Below are positions 62,049 through 64,000 of a stretch of DNA of 64,000 bases, in pieces (within the stretch, counting starts at the first letter, position 1; every line of letters starts with the position of its first letter). The DNA is from Candidatus Eiseniibacteriota bacterium. GTDB lineage: Bacteria; Eisenbacteria; RBG-16-71-46. The position numbers and the translations under genes were made by a program. Where the stretch lies: NCBI GenBank assembly GCA_031364845.1, contig JANLWX010000065.1, positions 1 to 64,000 of the forward strand. Direction: 5' to 3'. The notes under the pieces were generated by a model. That model was not told the origin of the DNA. It made no database searches and saw only the letters and a list, made by a program, of their open reading frames with translations.

Positions 62049-64000
62049 ATGAAGGTCCTCGACTCGTCGGTCTATTTCGGACCCAGCATCTACGCCCACT
62101 TCCCGGTGATCCGGCTCACGCTGGACCTCGGGCATCTCGAAGAGTGGCCGACGATGAAGCTGGGCCCGGAGTACGTGAACGCTCTGCTCGAATCGCTGCC
62201 GGGGCTCCGCGAGCACGGATGTTCCTATGGCGAGCCGGGCGGGTTCGTGCGCCGCATGACCGAAGAGGACGGCACCTGGCTCGGCCACGTCCTCGAGCAC
62301 GTCGCGATCGAGCTGCAGAACGTCGCGGGGGCGAAGGTCACGTTCGGGAAGACTCGCGGCGCGGGTGCGCCGGGCCACTATCACGTCGTCTATCAGTACG
62401 AGCAGGCGGAAGTCGCGCAGGAGGCGGGCCGCCTCGGCATGCTGCTGCTGCTCTCGTTGTTGCCCGAGCAACTGAAGCCGCCCGAATCGGTGCCGGCCGA
62501 CTTCGACTTCGAGGCGCAACGCGACGACTTCATCCGCTTCACGCAGCGCCGCGCGCTGGGTCCGAGCACCGCGGCACTGGTGCGCGCGGCGGAGCAGCGC
62601 GACATCCCGGTGATCCGTCTCAATCATCAGAGCCTGGTTCAGTTCGGACACGCGCGTTATCAGCGCCGCATCCAGGCGACGATCACGAGCGAGACTCGCC
62701 ACATCGCGGTCGAGATCGCTTCCGACAAGGAAGAGACCAATCGCATCCTCGGCGATCTCGGGCTGCCGGTTCCGCAGCAACGGCTGGTCTACTCCGAGGA
62801 AGAGGCGGCGTTTGCGGCGCAGAAGCTGGGCTTCCCGGTCGTCGTCAAGCCGTACAACGGCAATCACGGCCGCGGTGTCGCGCTCGATCTGAAAGACGGC
62901 GCTCACGTGCGCGAGGCGTTCCGCCAGGCGCGCGAGATGAGCCGCGCGGTGATCGTCGAGACATTCGTCACCGGGCGCGACTATCGGTTGCTGGTGGTCG
63001 ATGGACGGCTGATCGCGGCCGCCGAGCGTGTGCCGGGTCATATCATCGGCGACGGCAAACACACGGTCGCCGATCTCGTCGACATCACGAACCACGACCC
63101 GCGCCGCGGCATCGGACACGAAAAGGTGCTGACGCGTCTCGAACTCGACGCGCAGGCCGATCGCTGTCTCGCGGACAAAGGCTACACGCGCGAAACGGTG
63201 CCCGCGGCGGGAGAGGTCATCTACTTGAGGCTCACCGGCAATCTCTCGACCGGCGGCACGGCGATCGATGTGACCGACATCATCCATCCGGACAACGCGG
63301 AGATGGCGGTGCGGGCGATCAAAGCGATCGGGCTCGACGTGGGCGGCGTCGACTTCATCCATCCCGACATCGCGCGTTCGTACAAAGAAGGCGGCGGCGC
63401 GATCTGCGAGGTGAACGCGGCTCCCGGATTCCGCATGCACGTGGCGCCCAGCGAAGGCACGCCGCGCGATGTTGCGGGGCCGGTGATCGACATGCTGTTC
63501 CCGCCCGGCACACCGGCGCGCATTCCGATCGCGACCATCACCGGCACCAATGGCAAGACCACGACCGCGCGCATGCTCGCGCACATCTTCCGTCTCGCGG
63601 GACGGCATGTCGGGCTCACGACCACCGACGGCGTCTACATCAACGGACAGCTCACGGTGAAGGGCGACATGACGGGTCCGGTCGCCGCACGCATGGTGCT
63701 GCGCGATCCGCACGTCGAGATCGCGGTGCTCGAAACCGCGCGCGGAGGCATCCTCCGCCGCGGACTCGGTTATCGGAAGTGCATGGTCGGCGCGGTGCTC
63801 AACATCAGTGCGGATCATCTCGGGTTGAAAGGCGTCGACACGCTCGAACAGCTTGCGGAAGTGAAGCGCGTGGTGGTCGAAGTCGCGAAGGACACGGCGG
63901 TTCTGAACGCGGACGATGAGCTGTGCCTCAAGATGGCGTCCCACACCGACGCCAAGCATCTGTGCTACGTCACGCTGCGGAGCAACTATCCGCTGGTGAA
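62049..64000 (+). CDS. cphA: Cyanophycin synthetase (5' part, runs off the window)
   Basis: AGGAG RBS; MKVLDSSVYFGPSIYA, 'GTWLGHVLEHVAIELQ', 'LGPST', 'VVKPYNGNHGRGV', 'NLSTGG', 'EVNAAPGFRMH', 'TGTNGKTTT', 'LETARGG'. Confidence 0.96.
   Translation, partial: MKVLDSSVYFGPSIYAHFPVIRLTLDLGHLEEWPTMKLGPEYVNALLESLPGLREHGCSYGEPGGFVRRMTEEDGTWLGHVLEHVAIELQNVAGAKVTFGKTRGAGAPGHYHVVYQYEQAEVAQEAGRLGMLLLLSLLPEQLKPPESVPADFDFEAQRDDFIRFTQRRALGPSTAALVRAAEQRDIPVIRLNHQSLVQFGHARYQRRIQATITSETRHIAVEIASDKEETNRILGDLGLPVPQQRLVYSEEEAAFAAQKLGFPVVVKPYNGNHGRGVALDLKDGAHVREAFRQAREMSRAVIVETFVTGRDYRLLVVDGRLIAAAERVPGHIIGDGKHTVADLVDITNHDPRRGIGHEKVLTRLELDAQADRCLADKGYTRETVPAAGEVIYLRLTGNLSTGGTAIDVTDIIHPDNAEMAVRAIKAIGLDVGGVDFIHPDIARSYKEGGGAICEVNAAPGFRMHVAPSEGTPRDVAGPVIDMLFPPGTPARIPIATITGTNGKTTTARMLAHIFRLAGRHVGLTTTDGVYINGQLTVKGDMTGPVAARMVLRDPHVEIAVLETARGGILRRGLGYRKCMVGAVLNISADHLGLKGVDTLEQLAEVKRVVVEVAKDTAVLNADDELCLKMASHTDAKHLCYVTLRSNYPLV

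Overview
The window has two parts. Positions 1 to ~43.6 kb are a lower-GC accessory island whose right end abuts a tRNA-Lys(CTT) gene; its left end is probably outside the window. Next to the tRNA lies an integrative/mobilisable module: tyrosine integrase, excisionase-like HTH, replication-relaxation protein, VirD4/TraD-like ATPase, and vWA-like and membrane genes. The cargo includes IS remnants (two ISL3, one IS256), many secreted proteins with different C-terminal sorting signals, a Ser/Thr kinase-TPR-GAF-sigma54 activator, a Crp/Fnr regulator, a DyP peroxidase, a second short tyrosine recombinase, and a four-gene cluster of small unknown proteins with an NHLP-like precursor. Positions ~43.7-64 kb are high-GC core chromosome: sulfur relay genes, hisS, aspS, pilT/pilU, and cyanophycin cphB/cphA split by two toxin-antitoxin modules. 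The FlgD-like and 'TWGRVKxLYR' C-termini suggest Candidatus Eisenbacteria or a related FCB lineage (inference). Three observations stand out. (1) A non-canonical palindrome TTCA-N6-TGAA occurs six times in island intergenic DNA, and five copies sit exactly 22 nt from an nAnnnT -10 hexamer. This is class II Crp/Fnr geometry and suggests an island-encoded regulon. (2) One of its targets is a RiPP-like or metalloprotein four-gene cluster with no recognisable maturase. (3) Two inverted recombinase core sites lie directly upstream of a FimB-like recombinase, a candidate ~165-bp invertible switch. All annotation was done by eye; no searches were run.
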